Origin: an uncultured delta proteobacterium | GTDB lineage: Bacteria > Myxococcota > Myxococcia > Myxococcales > Anaeromyxobacteraceae | Direction of reading: 5' to 3' | Length of the DNA stretch: 64,000 nt | Assembly: GCA_963845515.1 (NCBI GenBank) | Contig: CAWJSR010000020.1 | Span: 103,065 to 167,064 of the forward strand | Shown: one piece after another, positions 40,738 to 54,896 of the stretch | Layout: every line of letters begins with the position of its first letter | How positions within the stretch are numbered: position 1 is the first letter of the stretch | Position numbers and translations under genes: made by a program | The notes under the pieces: generated by a model | What the model was told of the DNA's origin: nothing | Seen by the model: the letters and a program-made list of their open reading frames with translations, nothing else | Databases searched by the model: none

Positions 40738-42354
40738 TCAGGGCCCGGCGAGCGAGGCCGCGGCGACCCGGTCCAGCAGCTCGCCGCGGGCGAAAGGCTT
40801 GGAGAGGAAGAGCACCCCCGGGTCGAGCATGGAGTCGTTCGCGGTCACGTTCCGCGTGTAGCCCGACATGTACACGACGCCGATGCCCGGCCGTGCGGAG
40901 CGGAGCCGGCGCGCGAGCTCGCGCCCGTTCAGGCTGGGCATGATGACGTCGCTCACCAGCGCGTGGATCGGAGCGTCGAAGCGGGCGGCGACCTCCAGGG
41001 CCTCCAGGGGATCGTTGGCGAAGAGGACGCGGTAGCCGTCGTCCTCCAGCATGCGGATGGCGATCCCCAGCACGGCCGGATCGTCCTCGACCACCAGCAC
41101 GGTGCGGCCGTCGCCGCGGGTGCGGACGGTCCCGGCCGGGACTGAAGCGGGGATCCGCGCCTGGAGGGTCTGGGGAAGAAGGACCTTGAAGCAGGACCCG
41201 GCACCGGGCGAGGACTCCACCAGCACGTGGCCGCCCGCCTGCTTCACCGTCCCGAAGACGGTCGCGAGCCCAAGCCCGGTCCCGCGCCCCTCCTCCTTGG
41301 TCGTGAAGAAGGGCTCGAAGATGCGCTCGCGCACCTCGGGCGTCATCCCGGCGCCGTCGTCGCGGACCGACATGACCACGTAGCGGCCGCTCGGGAGGCC
41401 GGCGTCCCTGGAGTCCTCGGCGGAGATCTCGGTGACGCCGGTGGTGATGGTGATCACGCCGCCGCCCGGCATCGCGTCGCGGGCGTTCGTCACGAGGTTG
41501 ACGATGACCTGGTGGAGCCCTGCGGGGTCGGCGAGGACCAGCGGGACGGTGTCCGCCAGGCGAATCTCGATCCGGACCTCCTCCCCGACGACCCGCCGCA
41601 GCAGCTTCCCCATCTCCACGACGGCCGCGTTCACGTCGAGCGGGGCTGGGCGGGTGACCCCCTTGCGCCCGAAGGCCAGGAGCTGCCTCGTGAGGGCCGC
41701 GGCCTTTCGGCCGGCCTTCAGGACCTCGTCCGCCTCCTCGCGGAGTGGGCTCTCCGGCGGCAGCGCCTCCCGGAGGGCGTCCGAGCCGGAGAGGATGACC
41801 ACGAGCAGGTTGTTGAAGTCGTGGGCGATGCCACCGGCGAGCCTCCCGATGGCCTCCAGCTTGCTCGACTGCTCCGCCTCCGACCGGCGCCGGCACTCGC
41901 TCTCGACGAGGCTCCGCTCGGCCGCGCGCCGCTCGGTCACGTCGATGCCGGTCGGCACGACCCATCGGACGGCTCCGTCCTCGTCGCCGATGATCGTGTT
42001 GGTCCAGGCGATCTCGCGGACACCGCCGTCCCTGGTGCGCCAGCAGTTGTCGTAGTTGGTCGATTGACCCGCCCGGAGCTTCCCGAAGACCGACCTGACC
42101 CGGTCCGCGTCCTCCGGGAGGATGAAGAGATCCCACGGGTGGCGGCCGCGTACCTCCTCGAAGGCGTAGCCGGTGACGCGCTCGCACGTCCGGTTGAACA
42201 TGACGATCCGGCCCTCGCGGTCCAGCACGAGCACCAGCGAAGCCACCGTGTCCAGGATCGTCTGGAGGAACGCCTCGTCCACGCTTGGAGGGTGCGCGAC
42301 GCGGGGGTCCGGAAGGTCAGTCACACGCCCGGTTATCGCACGCTCCGGACCCAT
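40738..42354 (-). CDS. PAS-domain hybrid histidine kinase/response regulator
   Basis: PAS/PAC, AGGIAHDFNNLL, NARDAMP, EPFFTTK, GTGLGL, C-terminal REC; start uncertain. Confidence 0.9.
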   Translation of the reverse strand: MGPERAITGRVTDLPDPRVAHPPSVDEAFLQTILDTVASLVLVLDREGRIVMFNRTCERVTGYAFEEVRGRHPWDLFILPEDADRVRSVFGKLRAGQSTNYDNCWRTRDGGVREIAWTNTIIGDEDGAVRWVVPTGIDVTERRAAERSLVESECRRRSEAEQSSKLEAIGRLAGGIAHDFNNLLVVILSGSDALREALPPESPLREEADEVLKAGRKAAALTRQLLAFGRKGVTRPAPLDVNAAVVEMGKLLRRVVGEEVRIEIRLADTVPLVLADPAGLHQVIVNLVTNARDAMPGGGVITITTGVTEISAEDSRDAGLPSGRYVVMSVRDDGAGMTPEVRERIFEPFFTTKEEGRGTGLGLATVFGTVKQAGGHVLVESSPGAGSCFKVLLPQTLQARIPASVPAGTVRTRGDGRTVLVVEDDPAVLGIAIRMLEDDGYRVLFANDPLEALEVAARFDAPIHALVSDVIMPSLNGRELARRLRSARPGIGVVYMSGYTRNVTANDSMLDPGVLFLSKPFARGELLDRVAAASLAGP

Positions 42355-42404
42355 GAGATCCGGATACGAGCAGAGCCGGCATGTCGCATGAGGTGCGATA
42401 CCCG

Positions 42405-42929
42405 CTAGCCCGGATCCGACCCGACCTCCTCCGTCGGATCCTCCTCCACGAGGGTCACCTCTGGCGGGAAGTCGGGGAGGCGCCGCTCCAGCAGCGCGCG
42501 GTGCTCGCGCTCCTCGTCGCGCAGCTCGAGGAAGAGCCGCTTGACCCTCGGGTCGCCGGCCTCCGCCGAGGCGCCCTGGAAGAAGTCCCAGGCCTTCTGC
42601 TCGGAGTCGATCGCGACGAGCAGCGCCTCGTTCGCCGACATCGAGTAGCGCCCGCGGGTGTGGCACGGGGCCTCGACCTCGTCGATCATGTCCCGGTCGA
42701 CGCGGCGCGGCTCGTCCTTGAAGAGCGAGCGCCGAAGCTCGGCCAGCTGGGCGCGGTGCTTCTCCTCGTTGATCGCCATCCGCCGGAAGACCTCCGACGC
42801 GTCACCTGCGTAGCGGCCGCCGACCGTCGTGGTGAACTCGACGTACCTCTCCTTCGCCTCCTCCTCGATGAGGACGGCGAGGTCGAGTGCGTCGCGCAGG
42901 TCGAGTGTCCTGAAGTCGAGTCGTCCCAT
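42405..42929 (-). CDS. Ferritin-like/rubrerythrin family protein
   Basis: IEEEA..RY, EEKH, SEQKA, EEREH di-iron motifs; RBS GAGGAG. Confidence 0.88.
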   Translation of the reverse strand: MGRLDFRTLDLRDALDLAVLIEEEAKERYVEFTTTVGGRYAGDASEVFRRMAINEEKHRAQLAELRRSLFKDEPRRVDRDMIDEVEAPCHTRGRYSMSANEALLVAIDSEQKAWDFFQGASAEAGDPRVKRLFLELRDEEREHRALLERRLPDFPPEVTLVEEDPTEEVGSDPG

Positions 42930-43100
42930 CACTGCTCCTCGTCTGGGTGGCGCTCCGGAGGTAACGGCTGCGTCGGGCGAGTTCCGCTCCCCAACGGGGG
43001 GGAGCGAACGCTTCGCTTCCCTTGGGGCGGCCCGCCCCTTCGGCTTCCAGACCGGCGAGCGTTCGATTACATGTGCCGTGCGGAGCGGAGGAGATGACCG

Positions 43101-44687
43101 ATGGCCAGCCGCGTCCTCGTCGCAGACGATCTGTCCCCCGAAGCGATCGAGCACCTCCGCTCGCGAGGGCTCGAGGTGGACGTCCGCGTCGGGCTCGACC
43201 CTGCCGCGCTGGCCGCGGCGATCGGAGACGCCGATGGCCTGCTGATCCGCAGCACGACGCGAGTGACGGCGGCGCTGCTCGAGGCTGCGCCGCGCCTCCG
43301 CGTGATCGGCCGGGCCGGCGTCGGCGTCGACAACGTGGACCTCGCCGCCGCCACGCGGCGCGGCGTGCTGGTGGTGAACACCCCGGGCGGCTCCTCGGTC
43401 GCGGTGGCGGAGCTCGCGCTGGGGCTCCTGCTCGCCCTGGTCCGCCAGATCGTGACCGCCAGCGGCAGCCTCAAGGCCGGCCGATGGGAGAAGAAGAGGT
43501 TCCAGGGCAGGGAGCTGGCCGGGAAGACGCTCGGGGTCGTCGGCATCGGCAACGTCGGCTCCGCGCTCGTGACCCGCGCGCAGGCGCTGGGCATGAGGGT
43601 CGTCGCCTTCGACCCGTTCATCGCGCCCGAGGCAGCGGCGCGGCTGGGCGCGCGCCTGGTCGAGCTCGACGCGCTATGGCGCGAGGCCGACGTGGTCTCG
43701 CTGCACGTCCCGCTCACCGAGCAGACCAGGAACCTGGTCGACCGCGGCGTGCTGGCGCGGATGCGGAAGGGGGCGCTGCTGCTCAACTGCGCCCGGGGAG
43801 GGCTCGTCGACGAGCTGGCCCTCGCGGAGGCGCTCGGCTCCGGTCGGCTCGGCGGCGCGGCCTTCGACGTCTTCGCCGAGGAGCCGCCGCCGCCCGACCA
43901 CCCGCTGCTGAAGCTCGACAACTTCGTCTGCACGCCGCACCTGGGTGCCTCGACCGAGGAGGCCCAGTCGGCCGTGGCCATCGCGGTCGCGTCGCAGGTG
44001 GCGTCCTTCCTGGTCGACGGCGTCGTACAGAACGCGGTCAACGCCCCCGGGCTGCCGAAGGAGGTCCTGGAGCGGCTTGGCCCGTACCTGCCGCTGGCGG
44101 AGAAGCTGGGACACCTGGCCGCGCAGCTCGCCGCCGGGGGGCTCGGCGAGGTGGAGGTGGCGGTGGCGGGAGAGCTGGCCTCGGCGCCGACGAGGCCCCT
44201 CGCGGCGCGGGCGCTGGTCGGCCTGCTGCGCGGCTTCCTGGACGTCCCGGTGAACGAGGTGAACGCGCCGGCCGTCGCGCGCGAGCGCGGCATCGCGCTC
44301 CGCGAGATCCGGTCGGAGGAGCCGCAGGACTACGCGAGCCTCGTCACGGTGACCTTGCGCGGGCAGGGGACCGAGGTCCGCGTCGCCGGGACCGTCTACG
44401 GGAAGCATGACGCCCGGGTCGTCCGGATCGGCGAGTTCCGCGTGGAGGGGGTCCCCGAGGGGCACGTGATCCTCTGCGAGAACGAGGACAGGCCGGGGGT
44501 GGTGGGCAACCTCGGGTCGGCGCTGGGCGCGGAGGGGGTGAACATCGCCCGCATCTCGCTCTCGCGCCGCGACGACCGCGGGATCGCCTTCTCCTTCCTG
44601 AACATCGACCAGCCCCCGAGCCGGGCGCTGCTGGCCACGATCCGCGGGCTGCCTCACGTCAGGTGGCTGAAGGACATCCACCTCTGA
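43101..44687 (+). CDS. serA: D-3-phosphoglycerate dehydrogenase (long form with ASB/ACT)
   Basis: IGRAGVGVDNVD, GIGNVG, NCARGG, TPHLGASTEEAQ, DRPGVVG. Confidence 0.95.
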   Translation: MASRVLVADDLSPEAIEHLRSRGLEVDVRVGLDPAALAAAIGDADGLLIRSTTRVTAALLEAAPRLRVIGRAGVGVDNVDLAAATRRGVLVVNTPGGSSVAVAELALGLLLALVRQIVTASGSLKAGRWEKKRFQGRELAGKTLGVVGIGNVGSALVTRAQALGMRVVAFDPFIAPEAAARLGARLVELDALWREADVVSLHVPLTEQTRNLVDRGVLARMRKGALLLNCARGGLVDELALAEALGSGRLGGAAFDVFAEEPPPPDHPLLKLDNFVCTPHLGASTEEAQSAVAIAVASQVASFLVDGVVQNAVNAPGLPKEVLERLGPYLPLAEKLGHLAAQLAAGGLGEVEVAVAGELASAPTRPLAARALVGLLRGFLDVPVNEVNAPAVARERGIALREIRSEEPQDYASLVTVTLRGQGTEVRVAGTVYGKHDARVVRIGEFRVEGVPEGHVILCENEDRPGVVGNLGSALGAEGVNIARISLSRRDDRGIAFSFLNIDQPPSRALLATIRGLPHVRWLKDIHL

Positions 44688-44690
44688 GTA

Positions 44691-48701
<4,011 letters not shown>

Positions 48702-48705
<4 letters not shown>

Positions 48706-49772
48706 CCCCGCTTCCGCGCCGGCAGGATCTCCTTCAGGACCTCGTGGGCGCTGCGCACCATCTCCTCGGTCGTCTCCCAGCTCACGCAGCCGTCGGTCAC
48801 CGAGCAGCCGTACTTCAGCTTGGAGAGATCCTCGGGGATGGGCTGGCTGCCGGCCTCGATGAAGCTCTCGACCATGAAGCCGACCACGGAGCGGTTGCCC
48901 TCGCGGATCTGGTGGACGACGTCCTTCATGACGAGCGGCTGCATCTCCGGCTTCTTCCAGGAGTTGGCGTGCGAGCAGTCGACGACGACGTTCTTCGGCA
49001 GCTTCGCCTTGACGAGCGCCTGCTCCGCCAGCGAGATCGAGACAGTGTCGAAGTTGGGCCGCCCGCCCCCGCCGCGCAGGACGAGGTGGCCGTACGCGTT
49101 GCCGCGGGTCCGGACCACGGCCGAGCGCCCCTGGCCGTTGACGCCCAGGAAGGCGTGGGGGTGGCTCGCAGAGAGGATGGCGTTCACGGCGGTCTCGATG
49201 TCGCCGTCGGTGCCGTTCTTGAACCCGACCGGCGTCGAGAGGCCGGACGACATCTCGCGGTGCGTCTGCGACTCGGAGGTGCGCGCGCCGATCGCCGTCC
49301 AGGCGATGAGGTCGCCCAGGTACTGCGGTGCGATGGGGTCCAGCGCCTCGGTCGCGGCCGCCAGGCCGAGCTCGTTCACGTCGAGGAGGAACCGGCGCGC
49401 CCGCTCCATCCCTTCGTCGACGCGGAAGGAGTCGTCCATGTACGGATCGTTGATGAAGCCCTTCCAGCCGACCGACGTGCGTGGCTTCTCGAAGTAGACC
49501 CGCATCACCATGAAGAGCGTGCTGGAGACCTCGTCCTGCAGCTTCCTCAGCCGCCGGGCATAGTCGAGTCCGGCGACCGGGTCGTGGATCGAGCAGGGGC
49601 CGATGACGAGGAAGAGCCGGTTGTCGCGTCCGTCCAGGATCGCCTCGACGGTCCGGCGGGCGGTCACGACGGTCTCCGCCGCCTTCTCGGTGAGCGGGAG
49701 CTTCACCTTGATCTCGTCCGGCGTCGGCATCACGTCGAGGGCCACTACGTTCAGGTCTTCTGTGCGTTGCAT
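48702..49772 (-). CDS. 3-deoxy-7-phosphoheptulonate (DAHP) synthase, class I alpha
   Basis: [54 protein letters not shown]. Confidence 0.96.
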
Positions 49773-49934
49773 GGGGCCGACAAACTACTCGACTGACGCG
49801 CGTCTGCGAAGGGGTGGCATCACGCCAAGGGGCTACGCAACACTTCTTAACGCGACGCGACATGGGCGGATTGCCGCGGCCATTGGGTCGTGCTACTTCG
49901 CGTCCCACCTACCCAACGGAAACCGGCCTACCAC

Positions 49935-51017
49935 ATGCGCTCCAAGCACCTGCTAGTCGTCGCAGCAGCACTCCTCATCGCCGCCTGCGGCGGGAAGAAG
50001 AAGGCCTCTCTCCCCGCCGAGACGGGTCCCACTGGCGTGGTCGGCGTCAGGACCGTGAAGCCGAAGGCCGGCGAGGCCGCCCTGACGCGCGCCACCGCCG
50101 AGCTTCGCGCCCGCCGCGAGGCGGTCCTCTCGCCCGAGGTCTCCGGCCGGATCGCGCGGACGCTCGTCGACATCGGCGACCGCGTGCAGAAGGGGCAGGC
50201 GCTCCTGGAGCTCTCCTCGTCCACCCCGGCGCTCCAGGTCGAGCAGGCGAAGGGCGCGAAGGCGATGGCGGAGGTCGGCTTGAAGGCCGCCGAGACCGAG
50301 CACGCGCGGACGCTGGAGCTGGCCAAGGGCGACGCGGCGCCGCAGGCCGTCGTCGACCGCGTGACGACGGCGCGGGATCAGGCCCGGGTCGGGCTCCAGC
50401 AGGCCACGGTCGCCGTCGCGATGGCGGAGGACCATTACGGCAAGCACTTCGTGCGGGCGCCGTTCGACGGCGTCGTCACGGCCCGCTACAAGAGCGCCGG
50501 TGAGTTCGTGACGTCGATGCCGGCCACCCCGGTCTTCGGCGTCGTCGACGTCGGCTCGGTAGAGCTGCGCGTCGCCGTGCCGGAGACGGTCGTGGACGTG
50601 CTCAAGCCGGGCGCCGAGCTGGACGGGACGCTGTCCCCGTCGGGGAAGCCCTTCAAGGCGAAGGTGCGGGTCGTCGGCACCGTGGTCGAGCCGGGGTCGC
50701 GCTCCGTCGACGTGCGGGCCGACGTGGTCGGCAAGCTCCCGCCCGAGGCGCGCCCCGGGGCCATCGCCGAGCTGACGCTCGGCGCGAAGGGCTCGGTCTC
50801 CGGGCTCTTCGTCCCGTCCGACGCGATCCACGGGGAGGGGACCGAGACCTTCGTCTTCGCGGTCGAGGGGGACAAGCTCCGTCGCCGCAAGGTCCAGGTG
50901 GAGCGGCTCAACCCCGGCCAGGTCCGGATCCTCTCCGGCATCGGCGCAGACGAGCTGATCGTCGTCGAGGGGGCCGCCGGCCTCTCCGACGGCGCCACCG
51001 TCCGCGCAACCCAGTAG
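49935..51017 (+). CDS. RND efflux periplasmic adaptor (lipoprotein)
   Basis: Lipobox IAAC; SGRI...GDRVQKGQ.L, RAPFDGVV. Confidence 0.92.
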   Translation: MRSKHLLVVAAALLIAACGGKKKASLPAETGPTGVVGVRTVKPKAGEAALTRATAELRARREAVLSPEVSGRIARTLVDIGDRVQKGQALLELSSSTPALQVEQAKGAKAMAEVGLKAAETEHARTLELAKGDAAPQAVVDRVTTARDQARVGLQQATVAVAMAEDHYGKHFVRAPFDGVVTARYKSAGEFVTSMPATPVFGVVDVGSVELRVAVPETVVDVLKPGAELDGTLSPSGKPFKAKVRVVGTVVEPGSRSVDVRADVVGKLPPEARPGAIAELTLGAKGSVSGLFVPSDAIHGEGTETFVFAVEGDKLRRRKVQVERLNPGQVRILSGIGADELIVVEGAAGLSDGATVRATQ

Positions 51018-51041
51018 CGCCCGCGCTCGCGAGGACACGCC

Positions 51042-54000
51042 GTGATCAAGACCTTCATCAGCCGCCCGATCTTCACGAGCATGCTGCTGCTCGCGGTGGT
51101 CGTCTTCGGACTCGTCTCCTTGCCACGGATCGGCGTCGACAACATGCCGAACGTCGACGTCCCGGTCATCACCGTCACCACCATCCTGCCCGGGGCCGAT
51201 CCGGAGACGGTCGAGCGGAACGTCTCGAAGGAGCTGGAGGAGGCGCTCAACACCATCTCCGGCCTGGACGCGATCCAGTCGCAGAACTACGAGAGCGTCT
51301 CGGTCGTGATCCTCCAGTTCGACCTCGAGGTCCCGCTGGAGGCGGCGGCCAACGACGTCCGCGAGAAGGTCCAGGCGGCGGTGGCGAAGCTCCCGCGCGA
51401 GGCCGAGGCCCCGATCGTCCAGAAGGTGGACCTCGGCGCGCTCCCCATCGTGCAGCTCGCCATCTCCGGGCCGCTCCCCATCGAGGAGCTCACCCGCGTC
51501 GCGGAGGACGAGATGAAGCCGGCCCTCCAGCGCTTCCAGGGCGTCGGCTCCATCGACGTCGTCGGCGGCCGGAAGCGTGAGCTCTCCGTGGTCGTCGATC
51601 CGACCCGCCTCCGCGCGCACGGCATCGCCGCCACCGACGTCTCCCAGGCCATCGCGGTCCAGTCGATCGCCATCCCGGGCGGACGCACCACCGAGGCGGC
51701 GGTCGAGCGGGTGGTGAAGCTGGAGACCGAGGCAGCCTCGGTCGACGAGCTGCGCGACCTGGTGATCGCCGCCCCGATGGGGAAGCCGATCCGGATCCGC
51801 GACGTCGCCAACGTGGTCGACGGGCCCGCCGAGGCCCGCTCGGTCGCCAGCCTCGACGGGAAGCAGGCGGTCGCCCTCGTCGTGCGGAAGCAGTCGGGGG
51901 CCAACACCGTCGCCGTCGCGGAGCGGGTGAAGAACTCCCTCCCGGAGCTGCAGGCGCTGCTGCCGAAGGGGGCGCGCATCGAGGTCGTCTCCGACAACGC
52001 CCGCTTCATCCGCAACTCCATCAGCTCGGTGCAGGAGGACATGATCATCGGCGCGATCCTCGCCGTGCTGGTCGTCCTCGTCTTCCTCCGCGACTGGCGG
52101 TCCACCATCGTCTCGGCCGTCGCCCTGCCGACGTCGATCATCGGCACGTTCGCAGCGATGCGCGCGCTCAACTTCACGTTCAACAACGTGACGATGCTCG
52201 CGCTGACCCTCTCGATCGGCCTCCTGATCGACGACGCGATCGTCGTCATCGAGAACATCGTGCGCCGGCTGGAGAAGGGGGAGGATCCCCGGTCCGCCGC
52301 GCAGGCCGGCACGAGCCAGATCGCCCTGGCCGTGCTGGCGGTGACCCTCTCCGTCATCGCGGTCTTCGTCCCGGTGGCCTTCATGGAGGGGATGATCGGC
52401 CGCTTCTTCTTCCAGTTCGGCATCACCGTCACGGTCGCGGTCGCCATCTCCTACGCCGTCTCCATGACGCTGACGCCGATGATGTCGGCCCGGATCCTCA
52501 AGGCGCACCACCGGGCGACCGAGGGCGGCGCGGAGGGGGACTTCTCCCCGGCCGGCGCGAGGGTCCACGGGATCTTCGGTCCCGTCCGCGACGGTCTGGA
52601 GCGCTTCTTCTCCGGCCTCGAGGCGCGCTACAGCAGGATCCTGACCTGGGCGCTCGATCACCGGCGCGGGACCGTCCTCATCGCGGTGGGGACGATGGTC
52701 GTCACGATGTTCCTCGGGCGGTTCGTGAACTCCACGTTCTTCCCCCCGCAGGACATGTCCACGTTCCAGGCGAACCTCGAGATGCCCACCGGGACGCCCC
52801 TCGCCGTGGCGCAGGCGGAGGCGGAGCGGCTCTCCCTGGCGATCCGGAGGATCCCGGGCGTCCAGAACGTCTTCCTGCAGGTGGGCGGCGGCGTGGACGA
52901 GGCGGTGAACAAGGCGTCGCTGCTCGTCAACCTCGTCCCGCGCCGGGACCGCAGCTTCAGCCAGGTCGACGTGAAGAACTGGATCCGGGAGCACGTGAAG
53001 GCGGCGCCGGGCGCGAACCTCACCGTCGCGGATCCGAGCATGGGGTTCGGGTCGCGGACGCAGCCCGTCCAGTTCAGCCTCCGCAGCGACGACTGGCCGG
53101 CGCTGCTGAAGGCCGTCGACGTCGTCCACGCGAAGATGAAGTCCAACCCCGGCTTCGTCGACGTCGATCACACCTACCGCGCCGGGAAGCCGCTCCTCTC
53201 CGTCCGGCTCGATCGCGATCGCGCGGCCGCGGTCGGCGTCCCGGCCGCCATGGTCGGCAGCACGCTCCGCGCCTTCCTCGGCGGTGACAAGTTCACCTCC
53301 TACCGCGAGGGGGGCAACCAGTACGACGTCCGGCTCCGCCTCCCGGACTCGATCCGGAGCGATCCGGACGCGATCGCCTCGCTCCCGATCCGGACCCCGT
53401 CCGGCCAGATCGTTGATCTCCGCTCGGTGGCGAACATCGTCCAGACCACCGGGCCCTCGCAGATCGACCGGCAGTCGCTCAAGCGCCAGGTGGTGATGCT
53501 GGCCGATCTCAAGGACTACTCGCTCGGCGAGGCCTCGGCCTTCCTCAAGGACGCCGCGAAGGGGCTCCCCGACTCGGTCCAGACGGGCTTCGAGGGCTCG
53601 GCGAAGGAGTTCGCGAAGACCGGGCAAGAACTTCCTCTTCGCGCTCGTGCTCGGCATCATCCTCGTCTACATGGTGCTCGGCGCGCAGTTCGAGAGCCTC
53701 CTCGATCCGTTCACCATCATGCTGGCGCTGCCGCTCTCGGTGATCGGCGCCATCGTGGCGCTGCTCGTCTCGCGCGAGTACCTGTCCATGTTCGCGATGA
53801 TCGGCATGATCATGCTGGCCGGCCTCGTGACCAAGAACGGCATCCTGATCGTCGAGTTCACGAACCAGCTCCGTGACGAGGGCAGGTCGGTGCGCGACGC
53901 GCTCCTCGAGGCGGGGCCGCTCCGGCTCCGTCCGATCCTCATGACCACCGTCGCCATGGTCGCCGGCATGCTCCCGGTCGCGCTCGCCCGCGGCGACGGC

Positions 54001-54201
54001 GCCGAGTCCCGGACCGGCATGGCGTGGGCCATCATCGGCGGCCTCACCGCCTCCACCTTCCTCACGCTCGTGATCGTGCCGGTCGTCTACTCGCTCCTCG
54101 ACGGCCTGCGGCGCCAGCACGCCCACCGCGAGGTGCCGGTGCACGAGCACGTGCTCCTGGTGGACGGGAAGCCGCTGGAGCAGCGGGAGACCGGCACGTG
54201 A
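51042..54201 (+). CDS. RND efflux permease (AcrB/HAE1 family); frameshift near 53620
   Basis: FISRPIF, GLLIDDAIVVIENI; the C-terminal frame has KNGILIVEF and RLRPILMT. Confidence 0.93.
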
Positions 54202-54227
54202 GGTGACGTCCCCTCCGTGGGACGTTT

Positions 54228-54265
54228 CCCTCTCCCCCACCGGGGGAGAGGGCAGGGTGAGGGGG
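54228..54265 (-). repeat. REP-like palindromic repeat, copy 2
   Basis: Reverse complement CCCCCTCACCCTGCCCTCTCCCCCGGTGGGGGAGAGGG. Confidence 0.85.
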
Positions 54266-54347
54266 CGCGCACGGGGACATGACTCCTCCCGAGGTCGTCC
54301 GCAGAAGTGGCTTGAATCCGTGCCCTCTCTGTTGGCTCAATGAGCGC

Positions 54348-54788
54348 ATGACCCGTCGCTCGCTCCTCATCCTCGCAGCGCTCCTCCTGGCGCCGCTGGC
54401 CGCCGGCGCCCAGCAGCCCCCCGCGGCCGAGGCGGACGCCGCCCAGCTCAAGGGGTGGCTCCAGGCCGGCAAGAAGGTCGTGGTCGTCGACGCGCGCTCC
54501 GACGCGGAGTACCTGGCAGGGCACATCCCCGGCGCGCTCGGCATCCCGGCCGAGCGGACGACGGAGGAGGGCTGGCGCCTGCCGTCGGACAAGACGGTGC
54601 CGGTCGTCTTCTACTGCCGCGGCCCTGGCTGAAGCCTCTCCCGTGAGGCCGCGGTCGCGGCCTGGCAGCTGGGGCACAAGACGATCATGCTCTACCCCGG
54701 CGGCATGCCGGACTGGCAGGCGAAGGGTAACCCGGTGGCCACGGGACCTGCACCGGGAAGCCTGAAGGCGTCGGCGAAGGCGAAGTAG
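54348..54788 (+). CDS. Exported rhodanese-like protein with in-frame TGA (probable selenocysteine)
   Basis: Signal peptide, VVDARS.AEY.AGHIPGA, VFYCRGPG-TGA(54630-54632)-SLSREAAVAAWQLGHKTIMLYPGGMPDWQAKGNPV; the domain is complete only with read-through. Confidence 0.85.
54633..54665 (+). promoter_or_regulatory. SECIS-like hairpin
   Basis: AGGCCGC-GGTC-GCGGCCT at 54646-54663; loop starts 21 nt after the UGA. Confidence 0.65.
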
Positions 54789-54803
54789 CCCTCCACCCAA
54801 TGA

Positions 54804-54887
54804 AAAGCCCTCTCCCCAGGCCGGGGAGAGGGCTTTCACCAGGAGTCTCCCCTCTCCCCCGCCAGGGGAGAGGGCAGGGTGAGGGGG
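54804..54887. repeat. Two further REP-like hairpins (partial 54804-54837; full copy 54850-54887, minus orientation); likely terminator between convergent genes
   Basis: AAAGCCCTCTCCCC-aggcc-GGGGAGAGGGCTTT and CCCTCTCCCCCGCCAGGGGAGAGGGCAGGGTGAGGGGG. Confidence 0.8.
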
Positions 54888-54896
54888 CGACTCGAC

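Noticed and set aside
48706..48862. MCP C-terminus as given by the ORF track
   Set aside because: It would overlap the DAHP synthase gene by about 160 bp; a shifted frame gives an acidic ...LADF* end meeting the opposing stop
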